From assembly GCA_002010065.2 (NCBI GenBank), contig MTMD02000011.1, forward strand, positions 1-64,000: 64,000 nucleotides of DNA, in the 5' to 3' direction. The notes below the pieces were generated by a model that saw nothing but the letters and a program-made list of their open reading frames with translations, was not told where the DNA came from and searched no databases. The DNA comes from Candidatus Pyrohabitans jungbluthii (GTDB lineage Archaea > Hydrothermarchaeota > Hydrothermarchaeia > Hydrothermarchaeales > BMS3B). Positions 30,882 to 39,866 of this stretch are shown piece after piece. Positions within the stretch are counted from its first letter, which is position 1. Each line of letters opens with the position of its first letter. Made by a program: the position numbers and the translations under genes.

Positions 30882-31878
30882 GCGCCTTGTCCTCCTCGTT
30901 GGGGAGGAAGGGGAAGTTTCTGAGCACCTCGCTGGGGCGCTCATTGCCGTATGGACGGTTGCACGCAACCTCGCCGTCTCTACCTCTGCACCCGGAGGTC
31001 ATGAAGGCCTTACCCTCTTCTATAACCTCTTCCAGCACCTCTCGGCTTACTCCAAAATCCACAACCTCGCCTCTGGTAGAGAAGCGCATATCCTCGTATC
31101 GCGCCAGGTTGCGGTGGATTAAATATCGCGCAAGCTGCACTCTGCGGTACTGCTCAACACTCGGACGCTCGTGCTCCTGCATCGGCGAGCCCGCCTCAGG
31201 ATAAAAAGCGAAGAGGTGAGCCTCAGCTCCCGCGTCGTAAGCGCGCTGTATTGTTGCGAGCATCTCCCGCTCGCTTTCGCCGAGTCCAACTATCAGATGA
31301 ACGCTAACGTTGTATCTGCCAAAGCTCTCCACAGCCCAGTCCACAACGCGCCAGTAGTGGTCCCACCTGTGAGGTCCACCCATCCCACGCCCACGAAGTG
31401 CGTCGAAGAGCTCCGGCGTTGCGCAGTCCACAGCTATGCCACACATATCTGCGCCCGCCCGCTTCAGCTCAGCTACCATCTCTCTGCTCTTCATGAGCGT
31501 AGGCGAGATAAGCGTGGATATAGCGAGGGGCGTCTCCTCGTGGAAGCGCCTCACTAAGGTGAGGGTGTCCTCATACGCCCGGCGATGGGTTATCATTGAG
31601 ATGCACACCCTCTCAAGGGAAGAGCCGTACATATTTACCCGGGCGATTATCTCGTCCGTGGCGAAGACTGGCCAGTCTACGCGGATGAATGTTTTGCTGC
31701 TGACTGGCACACGCTTGCTGCTCAAACCACAGTAGGCACAGCTTGCCTTGCATCCATCGCTATAGGTGAGGAGGAGGTTCAGAGCCTTGAGCTTGGCGCC
31801 ACGATAAAACCTGCCCGGGAACAGCTTAAGCGTCATCGCCGCCGCCGTGGAGGTCTGCACATACTCAGGGCTCTCCAC
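30853..31878 (-). CDS. lipS2: Radical SAM lipoyl synthase component LipS2-like
   Basis: CKASCAYC radical SAM motif, HLIVGLGE, and C-terminal TSGC...CNRP resembling the LipS2 TxGCPxCNRP signature. Confidence 0.8.
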   Translation of the reverse strand: MESPEYVQTSTAAAMTLKLFPGRFYRGAKLKALNLLLTYSDGCKASCAYCGLSSKRVPVSSKTFIRVDWPVFATDEIIARVNMYGSSLERVCISMITHRRAYEDTLTLVRRFHEETPLAISTLISPTLMKSREMVAELKRAGADMCGIAVDCATPELFDALRGRGMGGPHRWDHYWRVVDWAVESFGRYNVSVHLIVGLGESEREMLATIQRAYDAGAEAHLFAFYPEAGSPMQEHERPSVEQYRRVQLARYLIHRNLARYEDMRFSTRGEVVDFGVSREVLEEVIEEGKAFMTSGCRGRDGEVACNRPYGNERPSEVLRNFPFLPNEEDKALIRQHLGLA

Positions 31879-32330
31879 TACTCTTCCTCCAGCCTTGCTA
31901 TCTCTTCCTCAATCCAGGCAGTGAGCTTCTCCCTGTCGCTGAGCAGGTCCTCTTGCTTCAGCTCGTCCTCGCTGGCAAGCTTTACCCTTACTATCCACGC
32001 CTCGTAGGGCGACTCATTTATAAGCCTAGGGTTTTCTATTACCTCCTGGTTAATCTCCAGGATTTCCCCACTTACAGGCGAATAAAGCTTGCTCACAAAC
32101 TTGGCTGACTCCACATTTGCAAAAGCTTCGCCCTTCTCAAGCTTCTCCGCGGTTATTGAAAGGTAGTTGAGATAACCAGCGCTCTCCGCAAGGAAGGCGT
32201 CTATCCCAATAAGCGCAGTCTCACCTTCCCGCTTCACCCACAGGTGGGCATTTCTCCCTTTGTAGTAAAGCCTGTCCAGAGGAAATTCATACTCCTTAAC
32301 CTTCAAAACCTGCTCTGCCTTGAGTTCCAT
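31878..32330 (-). CDS. Lipoyl-carrier protein (GcvH/LbpA-like)
   Basis: HLWVK, VESAK (lipoyl-Lys), SPVSGEI..IN, N.SPY..WI. Confidence 0.85.
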   Translation of the reverse strand: MELKAEQVLKVKEYEFPLDRLYYKGRNAHLWVKREGETALIGIDAFLAESAGYLNYLSITAEKLEKGEAFANVESAKFVSKLYSPVSGEILEINQEVIENPRLINESPYEAWIVRVKLASEDELKQEDLLSDREKLTAWIEEEIARLEEE

Positions 32331-33335
32331 TCAGTTACCTCCTGCAATAACCCTGGCTGCCTCTTCCACGCTGGGGCTATATTCTAAGGACTCCCTCAGG
32401 ATATTTAAGATTTTCTCGTAGCTCGCGCTTTCTCCGGTGAGGCTCTCCTCAAGCTTGCTCATTCGTGCGCCATTTATCGTGGCTCTTACCCAAGCTAGCT
32501 CGCCCTCTCTGCGCTCTGCGATTATCTCCACCTCACCCACGGGAGCGAAAACCAGGTAGCAGCCTTCGGCAATTTTAAGCTCTCTACCATTTACTCCCCT
32601 TCCCGGCATGTTCAGCCACTCCGGCGAGAGATACTTCTTCTCCAGGCGGCGCATCTCCCGCTCTATCTCAGGCGTAAGTTCAGCCTTCTCAAGGCTTCCG
32701 AAAAGACTCTCAAAATTTTCAATGAGAATGCGCTTCACTTCGCTGGCTGAGAAGCTTCCAAGCTGCTCCCTAAGCGTGGTGAGCCTCTCCTCCATGAGTT
32801 CTTTCGCACGGGCTCTGAAAACCTCATTGGGCAGACGCAGCACTCGCGCCATGAGCTCGCGGTTGAAGTCGAAGAGGATACTGCCGCTCAGCACCTTGCA
32901 CTCGCCGATTAAACCAGCGCCGTTGCCTGAGATTTTTCTCTCCCCGACCACGAGATCGTTCGCAGGCTTGTAGCGTGCCTCTAAGCCGAGCTCTTTATAC
33001 GTTGCAATTACTGGGGCTAAAAACTTCCTGTAGAAAGAGTCGGTTTTAACCGGCGTGTGGGCGCTGTCCCTGTGAACAATAACATGGTAGAAAAGCTGCT
33101 CGCTATCGAGGAGAACTATGCCACCACCTATCTCGCGCCTGAAGTAGGGTATCCCATGGCTGCGCATGTATTCCAGGTCAAGCTCCTGCGGGGTGTTGAA
33201 CAGCCCCAGGGAGACGTAGCACTCGCGCGTGCGCTGCACCACGAGGGCTTCGATTCCCAGCTTAGCGAGAGCGTGATACACAAGCTGTGTGTCCTTCCAG
33301 GGCATAAAACCAAGGTCAAAGAGTTTAACCGCCAT
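32331..33335 (-). CDS. Lipoate-protein ligase / octanoyltransferase (LplA family)
   Basis: RREIGGG.V.LD, NDL.V..RKISGNG. Confidence 0.85.
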   Translation of the reverse strand: MAVKLFDLGFMPWKDTQLVYHALAKLGIEALVVQRTRECYVSLGLFNTPQELDLEYMRSHGIPYFRREIGGGIVLLDSEQLFYHVIVHRDSAHTPVKTDSFYRKFLAPVIATYKELGLEARYKPANDLVVGERKISGNGAGLIGECKVLSGSILFDFNRELMARVLRLPNEVFRARAKELMEERLTTLREQLGSFSASEVKRILIENFESLFGSLEKAELTPEIEREMRRLEKKYLSPEWLNMPGRGVNGRELKIAEGCYLVFAPVGEVEIIAERREGELAWVRATINGARMSKLEESLTGESASYEKILNILRESLEYSPSVEEAARVIAGGN

Positions 33336-33338
33336 CGC

Positions 33339-34298
33339 CTACACCAGTGTACAGCACAGCTCTGAGAATCTCAGCTCAAGTCCGCGCTCCTCAGCGTAGC
33401 TTAGCGCCTCCTCGCTGGGGTATGCGATGGTGTTAACACCAGCGTCTATTGCGAGAGTCTCAATCTCAGCTTTTGCTTTAGCAGGCTTTGCACATCCCAG
33501 GTTCAGCTTTGCGCGCGGATTTAAAATTCTCGCAATTGCTATTAGCCTGGCAATCTCTCGAGGTGGAGGTGGAGCCACGCCTTCGAAGGGTGTTCCATAG
33601 AGCGGTGAGAGCACCACTATAACGATAACCTCAGCATTCGCTTCTGTTATCATGCGAAGCGCCTCATACTCGCCGCGAATCTCTCCGCGATGCAAGCCAA
33701 CGACGATGTGCGGCGCTATGCTGAGCCCTTCTCGCTTCAAATGCTCAAGGGCTCTGGAGTAGTCCGCTGGCTTTTTGTTTAGATGGTAAACCTCGGTTAT
33801 CGTGGCTGAGTCGCCTATAATGTCGAGGAGCACCTGCTCCACGCCAGCGCGCTTCAGAGAGAGAGCGTCTTCTTCACCAACCAAACCAGAGTGCACAATC
33901 ACCTTAAGCCCCATCTCTCTGAGTTTTTTCATTGCCTGTGCAAAGCGGCGCAGAGGTACGCGCCCTTCGCTATCCGCACCGCCACTTATCAGCATGCCCT
34001 CACATCCCTGCTCAATGAGCCTCTTTCCTAGGATTAGGAGTTCTTCAGGGCTTGTCACGTGGTGCATGCTCTCCAGGAGCTTTCCCTGACAGTGCTCGCA
34101 CTTTAGCGCACATGCGCTGCCTGTGATGCTCACATTCACAAATCTGCGGGGAGAGTTTTTAAAGCTGGCAATTTCATAACGCTTTGCGCTTGGTGCAGAG
34201 ACGTAGAGCACATCCTCAAAATTATCCTGTCTCAGCTGCCATGCCCTTTGCAAAAGCTCATCAAGGGGCTTTTCCCTGAGCTCTTCCAAAGCGATCAT
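33339..34298 (-). CDS. lipS1: Radical SAM lipoyl synthase component LipS1-like
   Basis: SITGSACALKCEHC, LISGG, PHIVVGL, LGCAK and terminal CC as in LipS1. Confidence 0.8.
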   Translation of the reverse strand: MIALEELREKPLDELLQRAWQLRQDNFEDVLYVSAPSAKRYEIASFKNSPRRFVNVSITGSACALKCEHCQGKLLESMHHVTSPEELLILGKRLIEQGCEGMLISGGADSEGRVPLRRFAQAMKKLREMGLKVIVHSGLVGEEDALSLKRAGVEQVLLDIIGDSATITEVYHLNKKPADYSRALEHLKREGLSIAPHIVVGLHRGEIRGEYEALRMITEANAEVIVIVVLSPLYGTPFEGVAPPPPREIARLIAIARILNPRAKLNLGCAKPAKAKAEIETLAIDAGVNTIAYPSEEALSYAEERGLELRFSELCCTLV

Positions 34299-34329
34299 CG
34301 CCAGAAGCTATGCAGGAGTAGTTAAATAT

Positions 34330-35040
34330 TTATCGCAGCAGGTAGAGCGCAGCGCCGGCTCCGAAAATTCCGCCAGCCATGCTGGAAATGAAGTTAACCC
34401 CAGCGTTGCTGAGCAAGCCGCGGCGTTCAAAGGTGGCACCGAGGAGGCTGTCGAAGTTGAAGCCCAGAATGCCACCGACTAGCGATGAGATCAAACAAAG
34501 CGCAAGGGAGCCCATGCCCAGGGCGTAGGCTACGATGCCAATAAACAGCGCCCCCCCAATGCCTGCGAGTTCTCCGAGAAGGGTTACCCCACCGTTTGTG
34601 CCATGGGGCACTTCCTTGAGGGTGGTTATGAGCACAGGATTTCTCCTGCTCAGCACCCCAAGCTCAGACGATAGTGTGTCTGCGGTTACTGTAGCAACAC
34701 TGGCGAGGTAGCCCGCAAGAAAAAAGGTAGAAGAGCTGTCCAGATAATAAAGCCCCGCGAAGACTGTGGGAAGCGCCCCATTGGCGATCACATTAATCGC
34801 CTTTCTCCGCCCCCCATGGGGCTCAGAAACGTTGAGCTCCTTCTTGTAGGAGTATTTGTACTTCGTGGTGGCAAAGCCAAGAAAAAGAAAGCACAGCAGG
34901 AGAGTCAGCCACTTGTATCCGGCGAAAAAGTAGACAAGAATGCCCATGAGCACAGCAACGGCAGTGCCGAGGGCGTCCAGCACCCTCTTTTTGTATATCA
35001 AAACACCTAAGGCAAGGCAAATTAAAAGGGCAAGATACAT
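34330..35040 (-). CDS. DUF92/TMEM19 family membrane protein
   Basis: GRR..NV.ANG, ADTLSSELG, GTNGGVT..G, DSLLGAT, VNF. Confidence 0.88.
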   Translation of the reverse strand: MYLALLICLALGVLIYKKRVLDALGTAVAVLMGILVYFFAGYKWLTLLLCFLFLGFATTKYKYSYKKELNVSEPHGGRRKAINVIANGALPTVFAGLYYLDSSSTFFLAGYLASVATVTADTLSSELGVLSRRNPVLITTLKEVPHGTNGGVTLLGELAGIGGALFIGIVAYALGMGSLALCLISSLVGGILGFNFDSLLGATFERRGLLSNAGVNFISSMAGGIFGAGAALYLLR

Positions 35041-35069
35041 AATTATAACCTCCGTAGCGGAGGTTTGTT

Positions 35070-35705
35070 TTACGCTTCGGCTGCAGAAGCCTCTTGCGAA
35101 ACCTGCTGCACCTGCTGCGCAGGATACTCCAGAACCTTTATCTTTCTTACCTCAACCCGCTTAAGCGGGTATATCTTGCTTGCTTCCCGGTACATGCTCG
35201 CGGAGATCTTACCAGCCACAACCTCCTGCACAAAGGTATCGAGGTCCCTCTCCTCAGCCGCAGCCTTTACCATGTCCACCAGTATTTTCCTTATGGCGCG
35301 CTCCTGCGATGTCTGTGCTCTGCCAAAGGCAAGGGCGATGACACGAATTCTGAGCTTATGACCGTCTTTGGTTGTCACATCCACTATACCTTCGACGCGC
35401 GTACTCTTCCTGCGAATCTGGCTGCGCATGTACTCCCGTGAAAGGCTCTGGCCCTTGAAGCGCGTGTAGGCGTTGTTTCCGCGAACCTCTGTAATCTGGA
35501 ACCTGAGCTTGATGTGCTGCTTTGTGAAGTCACCGGAGATGTCCTTCATTGTGGTCTCTATAACTCTCCCTATAAGCTGCTCGGGGCTGCTTGCGAGGGT
35601 TTCGCCGACCTTTACCTCACCAAACATCTTTGGAGCTAAGATATCATACCACTTCTTTGTCTTCCAGGTATCTATCTTCCTTCTCTTTACCGCAACTCTT
35701 GCCAA
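35070..35705 (-). CDS. rps3ae: 30S ribosomal protein eS1 (S3Ae)
   Basis: DTWKTKKWY..AP..FG, GRVIETT, TKDG, KIYPL.RVEVRK; TTG start. Confidence 0.96.
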   Translation of the reverse strand: MARVAVKRRKIDTWKTKKWYDILAPKMFGEVKVGETLASSPEQLIGRVIETTMKDISGDFTKQHIKLRFQITEVRGNNAYTRFKGQSLSREYMRSQIRRKSTRVEGIVDVTTKDGHKLRIRVIALAFGRAQTSQERAIRKILVDMVKAAAEERDLDTFVQEVVAGKISASMYREASKIYPLKRVEVRKIKVLEYPAQQVQQVSQEASAAEA

Positions 35706-35908
35706 TAAAATTCCTCCATCAGAGTGATTCAGATAAAAATCTCTTAAGGTCTTTACTGCCCTACCGTTAAAAAAGTTTTTGGAGAGGCTTGGTATGTTTG
35801 AGTGGTAGCCAAAGTTAAAAAACTCTCAAATGATACAAAATATATAAATAAGTGTTAAGTAAAACCCTATATATACATGCATATTATTGGATAATGGGGG
35901 TGAGGGAA

Positions 35909-36463
35909 ATGGAAGATTCCACTGAAAATGCGGCTGTTCAAGCCTGCGAGGTGAGGAAGAAAACTCAGTGGCGTGTTTTTTGGGCGCTTGTGATTCTTGT
36001 AGTGGGTCTTGTCCTATTTATGCCGGTGAAGCTTATAACAACTGAGCGGGGCTACCCTGCTTTGTGGTTCATTGCCTACACAGCATTTGCGATTTCAGCC
36101 TTCATAGTTCTTGGCGGGCTTATAATGAAAAAGCGCTGCCTGCCTGCGGTTCCACCTCCTTTTATTAAGAGCGTGAGTGAGGTGGAACAACCTTTACCTG
36201 GCGATGTCGAAGTGGAGCTTTCACCTGAGGATAGGGAACTCCTTTACAGCATAAAGGAGCTTATTAACTGGTTTGAAGAGGAAAAAATCAGGAAAGCAAG
36301 GTACCACGATTACCGTGCTCGCGTTGCCGAACTTGAGCGCTGGTTGAGGATGGGTATAAAGAAGGACATCGAGATAAGAAATCTCAGAAAGGAACTAAAG
36401 CAGCTTAAGGAGGAGCTTGAGAGGGTGAGGGCAGCCCACAATGAAGGTAGAGAAACTTCTTGA
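35909..36463 (+). CDS. Two-TM membrane protein with C-terminal ELERW coiled coil (paralog of 41300-41860)
   Basis: Two hydrophobic helices followed by PEDRELL...ELERW...KDIEIRNL; the stop overlaps the globin gene start. Confidence 0.75.
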   Translation: MEDSTENAAVQACEVRKKTQWRVFWALVILVVGLVLFMPVKLITTERGYPALWFIAYTAFAISAFIVLGGLIMKKRCLPAVPPPFIKSVSEVEQPLPGDVEVELSPEDRELLYSIKELINWFEEEKIRKARYHDYRARVAELERWLRMGIKKDIEIRNLRKELKQLKEELERVRAAHNEGRETS

Positions 36464-37472
36464 AAAAGACTGGGAGACTCTTAAAAGCTACCTTGAAATC
36501 ACTAGAGAGGATGAAAAGAGGCTGGAGAAAATAGGTGAGGTGCTGCTCAGGCAACATAAGGAGATACTCGATCTTTTTTATGAGCACCTCTTGAGCTTCG
36601 ACGAGACATCGCGTTTTTTCCCCAGGGAGGTGAGCGTAGAGAAGGTTAAACTCAAGCAGATGGAATACTTCAAGAGACTGACTCAGGGCAACTACGACTT
36701 GGAATACCTTAGGGATAGAACCAGAGTTGGCATAGCCCACGACCGCATCACCTTGCCTGCGCGTTGGTACCTTGGCGCCTACAGGAAGTACCTGGAGCTG
36801 CTGATGCCCCAGATATGTAAAGCTCTGTTTCCGGGCAGTGAAAAGGTGCTCCATTATATTGAGAGCCTGCTGAAGGTGATCTTCCTCGACATGGTTGTTG
36901 CGATAGAGACCTACATCGCTCTGCGCGAAGGCAAGCTGCAGGAAAGCAGGGAGCACTTCAAGAGGATATTCGAAGGCGCAAACGATGCTATATTCCTCAT
37001 CCGCACCGATTATGTAATAGAGGATGCAAATCCCGCCGCACTAAAATTGCTGAAGCTTGACAGAAGCGACGTGGTGGGAAAGAAATGTTATGAGATTATC
37101 CACGGGAGTAAGAGCATGTGCACTCAGGTGCCATGCACAATTAAAGAGGTGCTGGAGAAGGGTGAGGTGCATGGAGTTATACACAAACATTACGACTGCG
37201 ATGGCAATGCAATAACCGTCGAGATATCCGCCTCAGGGATAAGGGACAGCGAGGGCAACATAGTAAAAGTGGTTGAGTCTGCAAGGGATATAACTCCGAG
37301 GGAGATGGTGAGGAAGGAACTTGAAAAGCACATCGCCGAGCTTGAGCGCTGGCAAAAGATGACCGTGGAAAGGGAATTGAGGATGGTTGAGCTTAAGGAG
37401 GAGAACCGCAGGTTAAGAGAGGAGCTGAACAGGCTGAAGAAGCTGTGTGCCAATATAGAAGGGGATGAGTAG
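36441..37472 (+). CDS. Globin-coupled sensor: protoglobin domain + PAS + coiled coil, no output domain
   Basis: FYEHL..F, LKQMEYF, RVGIAHDRI.L...WYLGAY (sensor globin), PAS (NPAA, GKKCYEIIH), RELRMVELKEE tail. Confidence 0.85.
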   Translation: MKVEKLLEKDWETLKSYLEITREDEKRLEKIGEVLLRQHKEILDLFYEHLLSFDETSRFFPREVSVEKVKLKQMEYFKRLTQGNYDLEYLRDRTRVGIAHDRITLPARWYLGAYRKYLELLMPQICKALFPGSEKVLHYIESLLKVIFLDMVVAIETYIALREGKLQESREHFKRIFEGANDAIFLIRTDYVIEDANPAALKLLKLDRSDVVGKKCYEIIHGSKSMCTQVPCTIKEVLEKGEVHGVIHKHYDCDGNAITVEISASGIRDSEGNIVKVVESARDITPREMVRKELEKHIAELERWQKMTVERELRMVELKEENRRLREELNRLKKLCANIEGDE

Positions 37473-39495
37473 CACGCCGACCCAGAGAAGAAGTACCGAA
37501 AAGGAGATTCTTAAAAGGATGTACGCCACCCTGAGCGGGATAAACCATGCGATTATCCATGCGAAGACGCGAGAAGAACTCTTCGAGGAGGCGTGCAGAG
37601 TAGCGGTTGAAAAGGGCAGGTTCAGGATGGCATGGATTGGCGTGGTAGAGGGAAGCGTGGTCAAGCCGGTTGCAGTGCGTGGACATGTGGCTGGTTACCT
37701 TGACAAAGTAAAAATTTCTTTAGAAGCTGTGTCTTCAGGGAGAGAACCTACGGGAAGGGCGATAAAGGAAGGCAGGATAGTTATAAACCCGGACACCAGA
37801 ACCAACCCCGAGGTGGGGCCATGGAGGGAGGAGATGCTCAAGCGGGGCTATCTCTCCTCTGCGGCTATCCCTCTCAGGGAGGGGGACAGGGTAATAGGCG
37901 CTTTCAACCTCTATGCCTCTGAGCCTGGTTTTTTCGATGAGGAAGAGGTTGCCCTGGTTGAGCAGCTCGCCCAGGACATATCCTTTGGTCTGGACCATAT
38001 TAAAAAGCTGGAGGAGCTCAGGGAAAGCGAATTAAGGTACAGAATGCTGGTGGAAACCTCACCCTTCGCTGTGGTACTCTTCTCTGAAGGCAGGATTGTA
38101 TATGCCAATCCGGCGGCAGTGAAGCTTGCGGAGGCATCGAGTTTGGAGGAGCTTCTGGACAAGCATGTGCTTGAGTTTGTACTCCCCAAATATCATTCCC
38201 TTGTTCAGGAGAGAATCAAGCGGGTGGGAAGGGGTGAGATTGCCCCTCCTGCGGAGATGGAGCTACTAACGCTGAGGGGCAATGTTGTTGTGGCTGAGGT
38301 GATGGGTTCGCCTGTAATCTACCAGGGAAAGCCTGCGATTCAGTTAGTTATCCGCGACATCACCGAACACAAAAAGGCGGAGGAGAGGATTAAGGAGCTA
38401 TCCCAGTTTCCTGAGAAGAACCCAAATCCAATTTTCAGGGTGAGAAAAGACGGCGAAATTCTGTACCACAACCCAGGGGTGTTTAACTATGTCAGCGACG
38501 CCAAGGATGTCAGGAACCTCCTGCCCCCCAACTACGAAGAGCTGGTGAGAAGGGCATGTGACTCAGGAGAGGAAATCAGAGCAGAGCACAGGTTCGGAGA
38601 CAGGTACATCGATTACATCATTTTACCTGTTTCTAAAACAGTGGCTCATATTTATGGGAGGGATATAACCGAGAAGAAGCGAGCCGAAGAGGAGCTAAAG
38701 AGGTATGCGGAGGAGCTTGAGAAGAGCCAGAAGGCTCTTCTGAACATACTCGAAGATGAGCGTGAGGCAAGGGAGAAATTGGAGAAGGCTTATGGGGAAC
38801 TCAAGACGCTGGATACGCTGAAGGATGACATCATCGCCAACGTGAGCCACGAACTTCGCACTCCGATGACCATAGCCAAGGGTTTTGCGGAACTCGCCCT
38901 AGATGAGCAGAATGAAGAGGAACGCAAAAAAGAGCTTATGAAGATACTCGAGGCACTTGAAAAGCAGAACGCAATAATAGGCGACCTCATTGCCATGGCA
39001 GAAGCATCCAAAGAAAAGCTTAAGCTTCGCAGTTCCCACTTCTCCATTAAAGATTTAATTTCGCATGCCATTGTGGAGAAAAAGAAGGACATATCCAAGA
39101 AGGGCATTAAACTGGAGCTTCAGGTGGAAGATTTTGATGTTAAGGGAGATTTCGACAAACTCAAGCATGCGCTTATAAATCTCATAGACAACGCCATAAA
39201 GTTTAACCGTCCGCAGGGTAAAATATTAATAAAAGCCCGAAAGGGGAAGAACAGTGCAATTATCTCGGTGAGCGACACGGGTATAGGGATACCTGAGAAC
39301 CTCTTACCAAAGATCTTTGAGCCTCTCTTCCAGGGTGATGCCTCCATAAAGCGCAAGTATGGAGGCACGGGAATGGGGCTTGCAGTGGTAAGAACCATAG
39401 TCGAGGCACATGGCGGTGAAGTTTATGCGGAGAGCACCCCTGGTGAGGGTTCAACATTTACACTGGTGCTCCCTTTGGGGGCTGGAGGTGGATGA
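37465..39495 (+). CDS. GAF-PAS-PAS sensor histidine kinase
   Basis: GAF (SSAAIPL, GAFNLY), PAS domains, H-box SHELRTP, NLIDNAIKF, DTGIGI, GGTGMGL, GSTF. Confidence 0.93.
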   Translation: MSSTPTQRRSTEKEILKRMYATLSGINHAIIHAKTREELFEEACRVAVEKGRFRMAWIGVVEGSVVKPVAVRGHVAGYLDKVKISLEAVSSGREPTGRAIKEGRIVINPDTRTNPEVGPWREEMLKRGYLSSAAIPLREGDRVIGAFNLYASEPGFFDEEEVALVEQLAQDISFGLDHIKKLEELRESELRYRMLVETSPFAVVLFSEGRIVYANPAAVKLAEASSLEELLDKHVLEFVLPKYHSLVQERIKRVGRGEIAPPAEMELLTLRGNVVVAEVMGSPVIYQGKPAIQLVIRDITEHKKAEERIKELSQFPEKNPNPIFRVRKDGEILYHNPGVFNYVSDAKDVRNLLPPNYEELVRRACDSGEEIRAEHRFGDRYIDYIILPVSKTVAHIYGRDITEKKRAEEELKRYAEELEKSQKALLNILEDEREAREKLEKAYGELKTLDTLKDDIIANVSHELRTPMTIAKGFAELALDEQNEEERKKELMKILEALEKQNAIIGDLIAMAEASKEKLKLRSSHFSIKDLISHAIVEKKKDISKKGIKLELQVEDFDVKGDFDKLKHALINLIDNAIKFNRPQGKILIKARKGKNSAIISVSDTGIGIPENLLPKIFEPLFQGDASIKRKYGGTGMGLAVVRTIVEAHGGEVYAESTPGEGSTFTLVLPLGAGGG

Positions 39496-39866
39496 AAATG
39501 CCAAAGGTTCTGGTGGTGGATGACGAGCGTGACATGCTGAGGCTCGTAAAGAATATACTTAGTGGAGAGTTTGAGGTAATTGAGGCTGAGAGTGGAGAGA
39601 AAGCCCTGAAGCTTGTAGAAAAGGAGATGCCTGACATAATCCTTCTCGACATAATGATGCCGGGCATGGACGGGTGGGATTTTCTGGAGAAGTTCCGCAG
39701 GCTCGAAGGCGCGGAGCGTGTGCCTGTGATAATGTTCACTATACGCAGTGAAGCCAGCGAGGTGCTCTCAGGCATGGCTGTGGAGGGTGTGGTGGACTAC
39801 ATAACAAAGCCCTTTGACCCTGAAGACCTTAAGATGCGCATTAGGCGGGCGATAAAAAATGAGTGA
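39492..39866 (+). CDS. Single-domain response regulator (receiver)
   Basis: VLVVDD, LLDIMMPGMDG, VIMFT, YITKPF. Confidence 0.93.
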   Translation: MKMPKVLVVDDERDMLRLVKNILSGEFEVIEAESGEKALKLVEKEMPDIILLDIMMPGMDGWDFLEKFRRLEGAERVPVIMFTIRSEASEVLSGMAVEGVVDYITKPFDPEDLKMRIRRAIKNE

